This document shows positions 45,641 to 57,095 of a DNA stretch of 64,000 bases, piece after piece. The stretch comes from an uncultured bacterium. GTDB lineage: Bacteria; Margulisbacteria; WOR-1; CAVSGV01. The stretch spans positions 37,286 to 101,285 of the forward strand of contig CAVYHE010000006.1 in assembly GCA_963768305.1 (NCBI GenBank), in the 5' to 3' direction. Under the pieces are notes generated by a model, which saw only the letters and a list, made by a program, of their open reading frames with translations, did not search any database and was not told the DNA's origin. Made by a program: the position numbers and the translations under genes. Position 1 is the stretch's first letter, and each line of letters begins with the position of its first letter.

Positions 45641-48439
45641 TTAAGCTTTCTTCTTCGCCTTCTCGAAAACGATATTATTATCTTTGAGGATAGCTTCTAT
45701 CGCGTCGCCTTCCTTGAAAGTGCCTTTCAGCATCTCGTTGGACAGCGGATTTTCGATCAATCTCTGAATGGCGCGGCGAAGCGGCCTTGCGCCGAATTTG
45801 GGATCATAGCCTTCTTTTAAAAGATATTTCTTTACTTCATCATTGACGATAAGCTTCATCTCTTTTGCCTCCACCTGCTTTTCCAGGTCGGCAAGAAGAA
45901 GGTCCACTATCTTTGTAAGCTCTGCATCGGACAGAGGATGGAAAACTATTATTTCATCGATCCTGTTCAGGAATTCCGGCCTGAATTCCTTCTTTACCTC
46001 GTCCAGCACCTTTGACTTTATTTTTTCATAAGTGGCTTCCAGGTCGGCCTTTGCGACAAAGCCAACGGGAGCGGCGCCTTCGGTTATCAGCTGGGACCCC
46101 AGGTTCGTCGTCATTATCACGACGGTGTTCTTGAAGTCGACTGTCCTTCCCTTGGAATCAGTGAGCCGTCCGTCCTCAAGTATCTGCAGGAGCGAATTGA
46201 AAACATCAGGATGGGCTTTTTCAATTTCATCAAATAGCACCACGGAATAAGGTTTTCTTCTCACCGCTTCGGTCAGCTGCCCGCCTTCTTCATAGCCGAC
46301 ATAGCCTGGAGGCGAGCCGATAAGCCTTGATACCGTGTGCTTTTCCATGTATTCGGACATGTCCAGGCGGACCATCGCATCAATGCTGCCGAACATGAAT
46401 TCGGCAAGCCTCCTGGCGACTTCAGTTTTTCCCACACCTGTGGGTCCCGCGAATATGAAAGATCCGATTGGCCGTTCCGGAGCTTTCAGCCCCGCGCGGC
46501 CGCGCCTTATCGCCTGGGATATTGCGGCTACGGCGTCATCCTGCCCGATTATTCTCTTGTGGAGCTCTTCCTCCATGTGAACAAGCCGCTCAGTTTCCGC
46601 CTGTGTCAGCTTTATGACGGGAACTCCCGTCCAGTCGTTCACTATTTCGGCGATGTCCTCTTCGGTGATGATCGCTTCGCCCTTTCCTTTTTCAGCAGCG
46701 CCGTTTTTCTTGATCTTTGCCTCAAGCTCGGCGATCTTTTCGCTTATCTTCTTGGCCTTGTCATATTTCTTGGCGATAGCCGCCGCTTCCTCTTCTTTTT
46801 TCAGCTGGGCTATCTCTTTCTGGAAATCTTTCGATTCTTTTGACGGCGACATCAGTTTTATCCGGACCTTCGCGGCGGCTTCGTCCATAAGATCGATCGC
46901 CTTATCGGGAAGATACCGGTCGGTGATATATCTGTCGGATAATCTTGCGGCCGCGACTATTGCTTCATCCGAGATCTTTACCTTGTGATGCTCTTCATAT
47001 TTCGGCCTCAAGCCTTTCAATATTTGGATCGTCAGGTCGACGGATGGTTCGCTGATCGTGATCGGCTGGAACCTTCTTTCAAGAGCGGGATCCTTTTCGA
47101 TATATTTTCTGTATTCATCAACTGTCGTGGCTCCAATTACCTGAAGGTCGCCTTTCGCAAGGGCCGGTTTCAGGATATTAGCCGCATCGATGGCGCCTTC
47201 GGCCGCTCCGGCTCCGACAAGAGTGTGAAGTTCGTCAATGAAAAGTATTATCTGCCTCGATTTTGAAAGCATTTCATCGAGCATTTTCTTCACGCGCGCT
47301 TCGAATTCGCCTCTGTATTTTGTGCCCGCGATCATTCCCGCCAGGTCAAGTGTGATGACTTTCTTGTCTTTCAGCACTTCCGGGACATCTCCCGAAATGA
47401 TCCTTTGCGCCAGGCCTTCAACTATCGCGGTCTTTCCGACCCCGGGATCTCCTATCAATGCCGGATTGTTCTTTGTTCTTCTGGAAAGCACCCTTATAAT
47501 GCGCTCTATTTCTTTATCCCTGTCGATGACAGGATCCAGTTTTCCGTTCTTTGCCTGTGCCGTGAGGTCGCGGCCGAAAGACGTTAATGCCGGCTTTTGC
47601 TGGCGGGGCGGGGCGCCTATTCCCATTCCGGGAAATCCGAACATTTCTCCGAAAGGACCGCCTTCATTGCCTTCTTCGGGGACGCCGAATTCTTCATTTT
47701 CTTCTCCGCCTTCATTGCCTTCTTCGCCTTTGTCTTTTTTGCCGCCTTTATCTTCCGGCTGTTCTCCTTTTTCAGGCAATTGCCGGCCTTTTGACATAAG
47801 CTCGAGTATTTTCTTTACGGCTTTATCATAAGTGATCTTTCTTTTATGAAGGGCCTGCGCGGCCAGGCTTGCACCTTCTTTTATTATTCCCAGAAGAATG
47901 TGTTCGCTGCCTACATAATTGAATCCAAGCTCTCGCGCGCTGTTCGTGGCAAGTTCCAGGACTTTCTTTGCCCTAGGCGACAGGGTGATCTCTTCCGGCG
48001 TCCCTTCGCCCCTGCCTATGACGGATTCGATATTCGAAAAAAGGTCGACAATGTTCACGCCGAGCTCTACCAGGACATTGTAAGCCATGCCTTCTTCTTT
48101 GAGCAATCCCAGAAGCAGAAGTTCCGTTGAGAGGTGATCGTGAGAAAGGCGCTGGGCTTCTTCTCCGCCGAGCTTAATTACATTTTGAGCGTTCTCGGAA
48201 AAGTAATCGAATATCCTGTCGGCGGGCCTTCTTTTAAAGAAACTGGTGAAGAGGTCCGGGAATTCGAAGAGGCCGGGAAATCCCAGGTCCCCGAATCCGC
48301 CGAATTCGCCCAGACCGCCGCCCATCAATCCAAGGTCAGCCGCGCATTTCGAACACAGGTGCTGTTCCACGCGCCTTCCGTTCATTATCCTGGTCACATG
48401 GATGGTCGCCTGGCGTTGTTTACAATTCTGGCAGAGCAA
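45641..48439 (-). CDS. clpC: ClpC-type AAA+ ATPase with an extra N-terminal Zn finger
   Basis: CxxC...CxxC, Clp-N repeats, GDPGVGKT, GPTGVGKT, UVR-like middle domain, VGF loop. Confidence 0.9.
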   Translation of the reverse strand: MLCQNCKQRQATIHVTRIMNGRRVEQHLCSKCAADLGLMGGGLGEFGGFGDLGFPGLFEFPDLFTSFFKRRPADRIFDYFSENAQNVIKLGGEEAQRLSHDHLSTELLLLGLLKEEGMAYNVLVELGVNIVDLFSNIESVIGRGEGTPEEITLSPRAKKVLELATNSARELGFNYVGSEHILLGIIKEGASLAAQALHKRKITYDKAVKKILELMSKGRQLPEKGEQPEDKGGKKDKGEEGNEGGEENEEFGVPEEGNEGGPFGEMFGFPGMGIGAPPRQQKPALTSFGRDLTAQAKNGKLDPVIDRDKEIERIIRVLSRRTKNNPALIGDPGVGKTAIVEGLAQRIISGDVPEVLKDKKVITLDLAGMIAGTKYRGEFEARVKKMLDEMLSKSRQIILFIDELHTLVGAGAAEGAIDAANILKPALAKGDLQVIGATTVDEYRKYIEKDPALERRFQPITISEPSVDLTIQILKGLRPKYEEHHKVKISDEAIVAAARLSDRYITDRYLPDKAIDLMDEAAAKVRIKLMSPSKESKDFQKEIAQLKKEEEAAAIAKKYDKAKKISEKIAELEAKIKKNGAAEKGKGEAIITEEDIAEIVNDWTGVPVIKLTQAETERLVHMEEELHKRIIGQDDAVAAISQAIRRGRAGLKAPERPIGSFIFAGPTGVGKTEVARRLAEFMFGSIDAMVRLDMSEYMEKHTVSRLIGSPPGYVGYEEGGQLTEAVRRKPYSVVLFDEIEKAHPDVFNSLLQILEDGRLTDSKGRTVDFKNTVVIMTTNLGSQLITEGAAPVGFVAKADLEATYEKIKSKVLDEVKKEFRPEFLNRIDEIIVFHPLSDAELTKIVDLLLADLEKQVEAKEMKLIVNDEVKKYLLKEGYDPKFGARPLRRAIQRLIENPLSNEMLKGTFKEGDAIEAILKDNNIVFEKAKKKA

Positions 48440-48592
48440 GTATTTTCCCCTTCCTTTGTTCTAGAAAGGTTACATTATATATAAAAAGGGGTCGTTTAGC
48501 AACTGGGGCAGTTCAGGGAGAGAAGGAGATTGATCTTTTTAGCCAATTCATCCGTGAGCACATATTTTTTGATCTCATCTAACGGCTTTATC

Positions 48593-49024
48593 TTATTTGA
48601 AATCACTGAAAAACTGATATTCGTCCCTTCCTCGTTCTCTTCCGGGTAGCGCAGCAAGGTTCCGACAAAAGCTTTCCGGCAATAACGGCAGGAGGGTGGA
48701 TTTGAAGAACGATATTTCTTTCCCGGTCAATCCGACCGATCTCGTACCCGCCAATTTCCTCACATTGGCCAATATTTCTTTAATGCTTTTCCTCTGGTAT
48801 TTCCATTGTTCGCCGACAATAGAAGGACTTGGCGAATGAATATAAATAGGGATAGAAATCCTGGAATAAAATTCCATCGGAGGGTCGTTCTTCAACAAGA
48901 TACCGCGGAAAAAATCGCCGGCCTGGACTTTCGCGACCTTATTAGAATTACTCTTCAAAAGAGCGGATATTCTTATTCTTCCAAAAGATAACGCGATCCT
49001 GTTAATTCCTGTTCTCATAGACAT
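48593..49024 (-). CDS. Orphan hypothetical protein
   Basis: AAGGAG RBS; 143-aa ORF downstream of motif copy 3. Confidence 0.6.
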   Translation of the reverse strand: MSMRTGINRIALSFGRIRISALLKSNSNKVAKVQAGDFFRGILLKNDPPMEFYSRISIPIYIHSPSPSIVGEQWKYQRKSIKEILANVRKLAGTRSVGLTGKEISFFKSTLLPLLPESFCRNLAALPGRERGRDEYQFFSDFK

Positions 49025-49073
49025 TATGATTTCTCCTTTTCTTGAGTCAAGCTTCGGACCGTCTCACGAAATA

Positions 49074-49101
49074 TTATCGTCAGATTTCAGTGAAAATTTC
49101 A
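49074..49101 (-). promoter_or_regulatory. Sigma28-like promoter motif, copy 3
   Basis: TGAAATTTT-cactgaaatct-GACGATAA. Confidence 0.65.
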
Positions 49102-49169
49102 TTTTTTTCGTGAAATCACGGATAACCTGATAGCTTGCCTCTATGCTTTACATATAATAGAATACCTTC

Positions 49170-50348
49170 ATGTCATTTAAAGACCTGCCTGACAAGAACG
49201 GATACTTCGGGCCGTACGGCGGACGGTTCGTGCCGGAGACCCTGATGAAACCCGTCATGGAGCTTGAAGCCGCTTATCATCAATATAAGAACGATCCGGC
49301 TTTCAAGGACGAATTATCTTATTACCTAAAGAATTATGCGGGACGAAAGACGTCTCTTTTTTATGCCGAACGGCTTTCAAAATCGCTTGGCGGCCCGAAG
49401 ATCTACTTAAAAAGGGAAGACCTCTGCCATACCGGCTCCCATAAGATCAACAACTGCATCGGCCAGATACTTCTCGCGAAAAGGATGGGAAAGAAAAGGG
49501 TGATCGCGGAGACCGGCGCGGGACAGCACGGGGTCGCCGCCGCCACCGCGTGCGCGCTGTTCGGGATCGATTGCGTCGTCTATATGGGAGAAGAAGACAT
49601 AAAGCGCCAGGCTCTTAACGTTTACCGGATGAAACTCCTCGGTGCGGAAGTAAAGCCCGTCAGATCGGGAAGCCGGACTTTGAAGGACGCCATCAACGAA
49701 ACCCTGCGCGACTGGATGGCGAATGTTTCCACATATTATCTGCTCGGTTCGACAGTTGGCCCTCATCCATATCCTATGATGGTCAGGGATTTCCAGTCGG
49801 TCATCGGGATCGAGGCGAAGGAGCAGATCATGGAAGCGGAAGGAAAACTTCCGGATATGTTATTGGCCTGTGTCGGCGGCGGGTCAAATTCGATCGGCCT
49901 TTTCCATCCTTTCCTTGACGACCCGTCAGTTTCAATGATCGGCGTCGAGGCGGGCGGAACATCGCTAAAGCTCGGCAAAAATTCCGCCACACTTGAGATC
50001 GGCAGGGTGGGGGTCCTTCACGGGGCGAAAAGCTATCTGCTGCAGACAAAGGACGGCCAGATATCTGCGACGCATTCGATCTCCGCGGGGCTTGATTATC
50101 CGGGCGTCGGGCCCGAACACAGCTACCTGAAAGATATCGGCAGGGTGAAATATGATTCCGTGTCGGACAAGGAAGCTCTTGACGGCTTCAAGCTCCTGTC
50201 GGAAACGGAAGGCATTATCCCCGCGCTTGAATCTTCGCATGCTATCGCGTATCTGAAGAAGTTGAAGCTGTCGAAAGATAAGATCGTTATCGTTTGCCTG
50301 TCAGGCAGGGGAGATAAGGATACGGAGATCGTCAGAGGCATCAGATGA
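49170..50348 (+). CDS. trpB: Tryptophan synthase beta chain
   Basis: [31 protein letters not shown]. Confidence 0.97.
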   Translation: MSFKDLPDKNGYFGPYGGRFVPETLMKPVMELEAAYHQYKNDPAFKDELSYYLKNYAGRKTSLFYAERLSKSLGGPKIYLKREDLCHTGSHKINNCIGQILLAKRMGKKRVIAETGAGQHGVAAATACALFGIDCVVYMGEEDIKRQALNVYRMKLLGAEVKPVRSGSRTLKDAINETLRDWMANVSTYYLLGSTVGPHPYPMMVRDFQSVIGIEAKEQIMEAEGKLPDMLLACVGGGSNSIGLFHPFLDDPSVSMIGVEAGGTSLKLGKNSATLEIGRVGVLHGAKSYLLQTKDGQISATHSISAGLDYPGVGPEHSYLKDIGRVKYDSVSDKEALDGFKLLSETEGIIPALESSHAIAYLKKLKLSKDKIVIVCLSGRGDKDTEIVRGIR

Positions 50349-51092
50349 CCAGAATATCAGAAGCGTTCAAGGATAAAAAAGCGCTGATAATTTTCATCAT
50401 GGCGGGGGATCCGTCGCTGGCGAAAACCGAAAAACTGGTGTATGAGATCGAAAAAGCCGGAGCTGACATCATCGAGCTCGGTATCCCGTTCTCGGATTCC
50501 ATCGCTGACGGGCCGACCATCCAGGAAGCAGCGATAAGAGCATTAAAGAATGACGTCTCTGCGGCGGATGCGATCAAGCTTGCGAAAAAGATCAGGAAAA
50601 ACTCTTCGATCCCGATCATTTTCATGACAAGCTATAACATAGTGTTCAGCTACGGCGCCGAGAAATTCGCAAAAGAAGCGGCCGCGGCGGGCGTGGACGG
50701 GCTTATTCTGCCGGACCTGCCGGCGGAAGAAGCGGAACAGATGAAAAAGCACGGGACTTGATGTTATTTTGCTGGTCGCTCCCAATTCTTCAGAAGAACA
50801 TATAAAGCTTGCGGCCAAGCATTCATCGGGCTTTATCTATATGATCTCTTTGGCGGGGACGACCGGAGCAAGAGCCAGCATCGATCTGGATATAAAAGAC
50901 ATCATTTCCAGCATACGGAAAACATCGAAGACGCCGATCGCGATCGGATTCGGCATCTCAAATCCCGCTCAGGCAGCTGCAGCGGCGAAAATGGCCGACG
51001 GCGTGATAGTGGGAAGCGCCGTTATCGATGTCATTTCAAGGAAGGGCAGGGTCGGGAAGTTCGTAGCGAGCCTGAAGAAAGCGATCAGCTGA
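50345..51092 (+). CDS. trpA: Tryptophan synthase alpha chain (indel near 50750)
   Basis: [32 protein letters not shown]. Confidence 0.95.
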
Positions 51093-51899
51093 CCGGTCTG
51101 TAGCTGTTTATCTCATTCCTCAGTTTTAGCGCGGCGGCCCTTGCTGCGGCAGCAAAGTCATCTCCGGACGAAGCGAATATGATATTCCTTGATGAATTGA
51201 TGATGGCCCGCCGGCCAGCGCTGTTCACGCCGTTTTTGACGGAAGAAGCGAGGTCGCCTTTCTGGGCGCCTATTCCCGGTATAAGTATCGGCATGTCGCC
51301 GACCATCGCCCTTATCTCCTTAAGCTCATCGGGGCTTGTCGCTCCAACGACCAAGTCCGCAGCTTCCGAAAACATCCCATTGCTTCACATGCCTGGCAAC
51401 ATTTTTATAAAGCGGCTCGTCTTTTCCGGCTGACTGAAAATCCCTGCGGCCGGCATTTGAAGTCAGGCAGAGAATGAATATCCCTTTGTCTTTGTATTCA
51501 AGGAAAGGCTCCACGGAATCATATCCCATGTAGGGATTGATCGTCACCGCGTCGGCCTTGTAAACATCAAATACCGCCTTCGCGTAAGCGGAAGCCGTGT
51601 GGCCCACGTCCCCGCGCTTGGCATCAAGTATCACGGGCACGAAGTCAGAGGCGTATTCGATGGTCCTCATAAGCGCTTCCATGCCGTAGATGCCGTACAT
51701 TTCATAGAACGCGATGTTCGGTTTGTACGCGCAGACCAGGTCTTTTGTCGCGTCGATCACAGCTTTGTTGAAATCAAATATCGGGTCGCTTTTGTTGAGG
51801 AGCGATTGCGGGATTTTTTTCAGGTCTATGTCGAGGCCGATGCAGAGGAGGGAATTGTTCTTTTTGGACGGCAGAATCAAGTTTCTCCGTGAACTTCAT
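51085..51899 (-). CDS. pyrF: Orotidine-5'-phosphate decarboxylase (indels)
   Basis: LCIGLD, KPNIAFY, DAKRGDV, PGIGAQKG, NSSR. Confidence 0.95.
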
Positions 51900-52421
51900 A
51901 ACCCCAGTTCGCTTTTCGTGAAAAGCGCTTTGTAACGATAGCCCGCCGCTTCTATGTTCTCCCTTGCGCCTTCCTCCCTGTCCAGGACGCCGATCAGCAG
52001 GAGAACTTCTATCCCCGATTGCTTAAGCTTGTCCGCGCCGGCTATGGCGGCTCCCGCAGTCGTCAATATATCTTCTATCATCACGACCTTATCTCCCTTG
52101 AAAGCTTCCCCTTCCACCATCTTTGATGTGCCGTATAATTTTTCTCGCTTTTCGCACTATTATGAACGGTTTTTTAACTTCCAAGGAAAGCGCTGTAACG
52201 AGAGCAACCGCGCCTAATTCGGGTCCGGCAAGCCGGCTGAACGAATCAAGCGGAGGAAGCAGTTTGGCCAGTTCTTTTGTAAGGGGGGCAAGGACTTCCG
52301 GCTTTGTCTCGAAAAGGTACTTGTCAAAATAATATTTGCTTTTCCTTCCGGACCGGAGGGTGAAATCGCCTTTTAAAAGGGCGACCTCTTTGATCAACGC
52401 GCCCAGTTCTTCTTTTGTCAT
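51896..52421 (-). CDS. pyrE: Orotate phosphoribosyltransferase (indel near 52130)
   Basis: FTLRSGRKSKYYFD; IEDILTTAG PRPP motif. Confidence 0.95.
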
Positions 52422-53821
52422 GAGTTTTTATGCTTGTGTTCTTTGTCTTTCATCGCGTCGCCGATGGTGACCGGCTTTTTCTCCGGCCCTTTGAATTCTT
52501 CCAGTTCGGTATGCGATGCCTGTTTTTTCGCTTCTTTTATCGACAAGCCGATCTTCTGCTCCTCCGGAAGTACTTTCAGTACCTTCACGTCCACGACATC
52601 GCCTATTGCGATGACATCTTCCGGCCTTGTTATGGGCTGGTCTGAAATTTCGGATATATGGATTAATCCTTCCAGGTTGCCGTCCAGCTCCGCGAACGCG
52701 CCGAACTTAACGAACCTGGCGATCTTCGCTTTCACTATCTGGCCGGGCTTGTATAGTTCCGCGGCTCCCACCCACGGATCCGGCTGAAGCTCTTTCAGTC
52801 CAAGCGCGACTTTTTTATTTTCCTTGTCCACGCCGAGGACGAAAACATCCAGCTCCTGGCCGACTTTTAACAGATCCGAAGGATGATTGACCCTTTTCCA
52901 GGATAATTCGGTCAAGTGTATAAGGCCTTCCACGCCGCCTATGTCAACGAAAGCGCCGAAATTCTTCAAGCTTGTCACGGTGCCGTGCTTCACCTGTCCG
53001 ACTTCCAGCTCGTCGAATACCTTGCTGGTATCCGGGCGCACTTTTTCTCCCGCGGCGATCTTATGGGACATTATCACTTTGCCCTGCCTGCGGTTGATCT
53101 CGATTATCTTTATCGGAATGGTCTTGCCGACAAGGCTTTCTATCTGATCTTCGGTCTCCTTCGCCACCTGCGACGCGGGGATGAATCCCCTTATTCCGTT
53201 ATAATCCACGACCAGCCCGCCTTTTACCGCGGATGTGACCTTTGCTTCAATGGCGCGCCTCGTTTTATAAACCTCATAAACAATGCGCCATTTATTCTCG
53301 TATTCGGCTTTTCTCCTGGAAAGGACGATGTATCCTTCCTTGTCTTCCAGTTTTTCTATCAATACATCTATCTTGTCTCCTACCTTGATGATGTCATTTA
53401 TGTTGCTGAAAGACTTGTCCGATAATTCGGACGGAGGAATGAAGCCGTCGGATTTGTAGTTGATATCAACAAGCACTCCTGACGGGTCAACTTTCACGAC
53501 GGTTCCTCTGACTATGTCGCCGGCCTTATAGCTCTTGAATGTGGCTTCATACGCAGCTTCTTCCGCCTGGACAGCCGGCGATTTAGGAGATAATGTTTCG
53601 CTTCGCCTGGTTTGCGGTATATTTGGGGCGGATACCGGTCTTGGAGCGGGTTTTGGGGCTATGCTTATATGGGTCGCCTTGAAACCTGAGGATATTTCCT
53701 CTTTTTTCGGGGCCTCGACATTCTTGTTCTCTTCCAGGGTCTCCTTTATCAACGCGTCCAGATCATCCGATGAACCGCTCTTTGAACTTCCCAGGGACGT
53801 ACCGCTAAGATCTTCTGCCAT
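52418..53821 (-). CDS. rpsA: 30S ribosomal protein S1 (4 S1 domains, N-terminal extension)
   Basis: Four S1 repeats (FGAFVDIGGVEGLIH etc.); GGAGG RBS before MAEDL. Confidence 0.9.
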   Translation of the reverse strand: MAEDLSGTSLGSSKSGSSDDLDALIKETLEENKNVEAPKKEEISSGFKATHISIAPKPAPRPVSAPNIPQTRRSETLSPKSPAVQAEEAAYEATFKSYKAGDIVRGTVVKVDPSGVLVDINYKSDGFIPPSELSDKSFSNINDIIKVGDKIDVLIEKLEDKEGYIVLSRRKAEYENKWRIVYEVYKTRRAIEAKVTSAVKGGLVVDYNGIRGFIPASQVAKETEDQIESLVGKTIPIKIIEINRRQGKVIMSHKIAAGEKVRPDTSKVFDELEVGQVKHGTVTSLKNFGAFVDIGGVEGLIHLTELSWKRVNHPSDLLKVGQELDVFVLGVDKENKKVALGLKELQPDPWVGAAELYKPGQIVKAKIARFVKFGAFAELDGNLEGLIHISEISDQPITRPEDVIAIGDVVDVKVLKVLPEEQKIGLSIKEAKKQASHTELEEFKGPEKKPVTIGDAMKDKEHKHKNS

Positions 53822-53963
53822 GTGAATTCCTCCGTTTGCCCAAATTTTGATGTCCAACTGCCGATACAGGGCGCATTAAAGACAGTTTTGCGTTTTATCG
53901 CGCGCAATGGAAAATAATAGCACACCTTTTTAAATAAGGCAAGAAAATGGGGTTATCTTTCTT

Positions 53964-54612
<649 letters not shown>

Positions 54613-54678
54613 GATCGACGATTCTACCCCTAAACAAATCTCTTGACAAACACCCTCATAAACATAAGAATATTTTTA

Positions 54679-55513
54679 ATGTTCAAATTCTGGAAGCAAA
54701 GCAGGCCTCATACGGATTACAAGACCGCCAGGTTCGCGGTCATTCCGGTCCCGTACGAGAGAACCACTTCATACGGAAAAGGCACTTCCAAAGGCCCGTC
54801 CGCGATCCTGAAAGCATCTGAACAGGTTGAGGATTACGATATCGAACTTGATGAGGAAGACTTTCAGGGTCGGGAATCAATGTCGGCAGAGTCAGATCAG
54901 ATCGCCTGAGAAATTAACTGATGCCGTCGCAAAAGTCCTGAATGACAAAAAGATACCCGTGATGCTCGGCGGGGAGCATTCGATAACCCCTTACGCGGTT
55001 GCCGCCTGCAAAAAGAAATATAAAGACCTCAGCGTCCTGCAATTGGATGCCCACGCCGACCTCCGGAACAGCTATCACGGTTGAAAGAACAGCCACGCGT
55101 GCGCGATGAGGCGGGTCCTTGAAATATGCCCGGCGGTGCAGGCGGGGATAAGGTCCATGGACATATCGGAAATGGAATTCGCCAAGTCGTCAGGACAGAT
55201 AGCCAAGATCCATTTTGCGGAAAAACTTGAGATAATCGAGAAGATCAATTCCCAGCTTTCAAAAGATGTTTACATCACGATCGATATCGATGTCCTGGAC
55301 CCGTCCATAATGCCGGCGACCGGAACGCCGGAACCCGGAGGCCTGGATTATTACGAAGTGCTGGATATTTTGAAAGGCGTGGCGGCTGTGAAGAACATCG
55401 TCGGCTTCGACCTTGTAGAGCTTTCTCCGATAAAAGGATTGAACCATCCGGACTTCACCGCGGCGAAATTGATCTACAAGTTAATGGGGTATATCAGCAG
55501 CAAGCCTTTTTAA
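54679..55513 (+). CDS. speB: Agmatinase (indels and an in-frame TGA at 55082-55084)
   Basis: GGEHS, DAHADL, DIDVLDP, TGTPEPGG. Confidence 0.9.
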
Positions 55514-56923
55514 AACTTTCTCTTTCCCCAAAACCTCAACGACATCATATATTCCGGGGCTTTCCGCCCGGCCAGTCAGAAGCGCGCGAGCCGGATGGAT
55601 TATTTCTCCGAGCTTTATCTTTTCCTCTTCGGCAAGGCCTTTGAACGCGGACTCAATAGGTGCTCTGGAAAAATCCGGGAGTTTTTTGAGCCTGCCGCTT
55701 AATTTGACCATCAATCCTTTCACGCCGGGCTTATCGAGGTATTTTGCCCTTGCTTCCGCATCGACTTTAAAGTCATCCATGAAGAAATATTCAGATAATG
55801 GAACAATATCAACTATCGTTTTTAACCGGTCCTGAAGGCATTTGATGACCTTTTCCGCGTATGATCTTTCAACTCCCGGATAAGCTTTCTCGATAAAAGG
55901 CATGGCGAGATCCGCGATCTTATCGACGCTTGAATTTTTAATGTAATGCGCGTTAAGCCAGTTAAGTTTTGTCATGTCGAAAATAGCCGGAGTTTTCTGG
56001 ACCTTCTCGATCCGGAATTTTTCGATCAATTCTTGAACTGAAAAGATCTCCTGGTCCTTGAATCCCCATCCGAGCCGCGCGATGTAATTTATCATAGCTT
56101 CCGGGAGATAGCCCATGTCCTTGTATTCGATCACCGATGTCGCGCCGTGCCGCTTTGAGAGCCGCGCCCTGTCAGGCCCCATTATCATCGGGATGTGCGC
56201 GAACTTCGGCGGAGTCAGCCCGAAAGCTTCGTATAATAATATCTGCCTGGGCGTGTTCGATAAGTGATCGTCGCCCCTTATCACATGCGATATTTTCATC
56301 AGATGATCGTCCACGACAGCGGCGAAATTATATGTGGGGAAGCCGTCGGATTTTATCAGGACAAAATCATCCAGCAGCTCGTTCTCAAATGAGACCTCGC
56401 CCCTTATCAGGTCGTGGACCGTTGTAGTGCCGGATGACGGGAGCTTGAACCTTAGAACTTTTGACCTGCCGGACGCAAGCATTTTGTCGATCTCTTTCGC
56501 ATTTAGATTTCTGCATTTGCCGCCGTACTTCGGGGCTTCTTTCTTTTGGATGGCCTGGCGCCTTTGTTCTTCAAGTTCTTCGGGGGTGCATATGCAATAA
56601 TAAGCTTTGCCAGCTTTAATAAGTTTATCAGCCCATTCATTATATATTTTCAATCTTTCCGTCTGGAAATACGGCCCAAAATCCCCGCCGATGTCCGGGC
56701 CTTCATCCCAGTCGATACCAAGCCATTCGAGGCCGTCCAGTATCGCCTTTACGGCTTCGTTTGTTGATCTTGTCCTGTCGGTATCCTCTATCCTGAGTAT
56801 GAAAACGCCTTTGAGCGCCCTTACGAACAGCCAGTTGAACAGGGCCGTCCTGGCCCCGCCGATGTGGAGGTATCCTGTTGGGGACGGGGCAAAACGCACT
56901 CTAACCAATTCTTGATTTGTCAT
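55481..56923 (-). CDS. gltX: Glutamate-tRNA ligase
   Basis: RFAPSPTGYLHIGG; LSKR. Confidence 0.97.
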   Translation of the reverse strand: MTNQELVRVRFAPSPTGYLHIGGARTALFNWLFVRALKGVFILRIEDTDRTRSTNEAVKAILDGLEWLGIDWDEGPDIGGDFGPYFQTERLKIYNEWADKLIKAGKAYYCICTPEELEEQRRQAIQKKEAPKYGGKCRNLNAKEIDKMLASGRSKVLRFKLPSSGTTTVHDLIRGEVSFENELLDDFVLIKSDGFPTYNFAAVVDDHLMKISHVIRGDDHLSNTPRQILLYEAFGLTPPKFAHIPMIMGPDRARLSKRHGATSVIEYKDMGYLPEAMINYIARLGWGFKDQEIFSVQELIEKFRIEKVQKTPAIFDMTKLNWLNAHYIKNSSVDKIADLAMPFIEKAYPGVERSYAEKVIKCLQDRLKTIVDIVPLSEYFFMDDFKVDAEARAKYLDKPGVKGLMVKLSGRLKKLPDFSRAPIESAFKGLAEEEKIKLGEIIHPARALLTGRAESPGIYDVVEVLGKEKVLKRLAADIPH

Positions 56924-57095
56924 ATGGGCAGTATACAATTATTGATAGTTTGTTGCAATAATTCAACCTTTCCCTGCTTTCTTTTGCCAGAAAAGAAAGT
57001 AAGAAGAGAAATGCCTCGTGTTGCTTAAATAGTCCCGTCATAAGCCTGGAGAACTTCTATTTTTCAATGTCATTTGTGTCTGTTATAATCCATTC

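Noticed and set aside
55082..55084. In-frame TGA in agmatinase as selenocysteine or genetic-code reassignment
   Set aside because: The position is not a catalytic Cys site, and TGA terminates many genes in this window; likely an error or a point mutation
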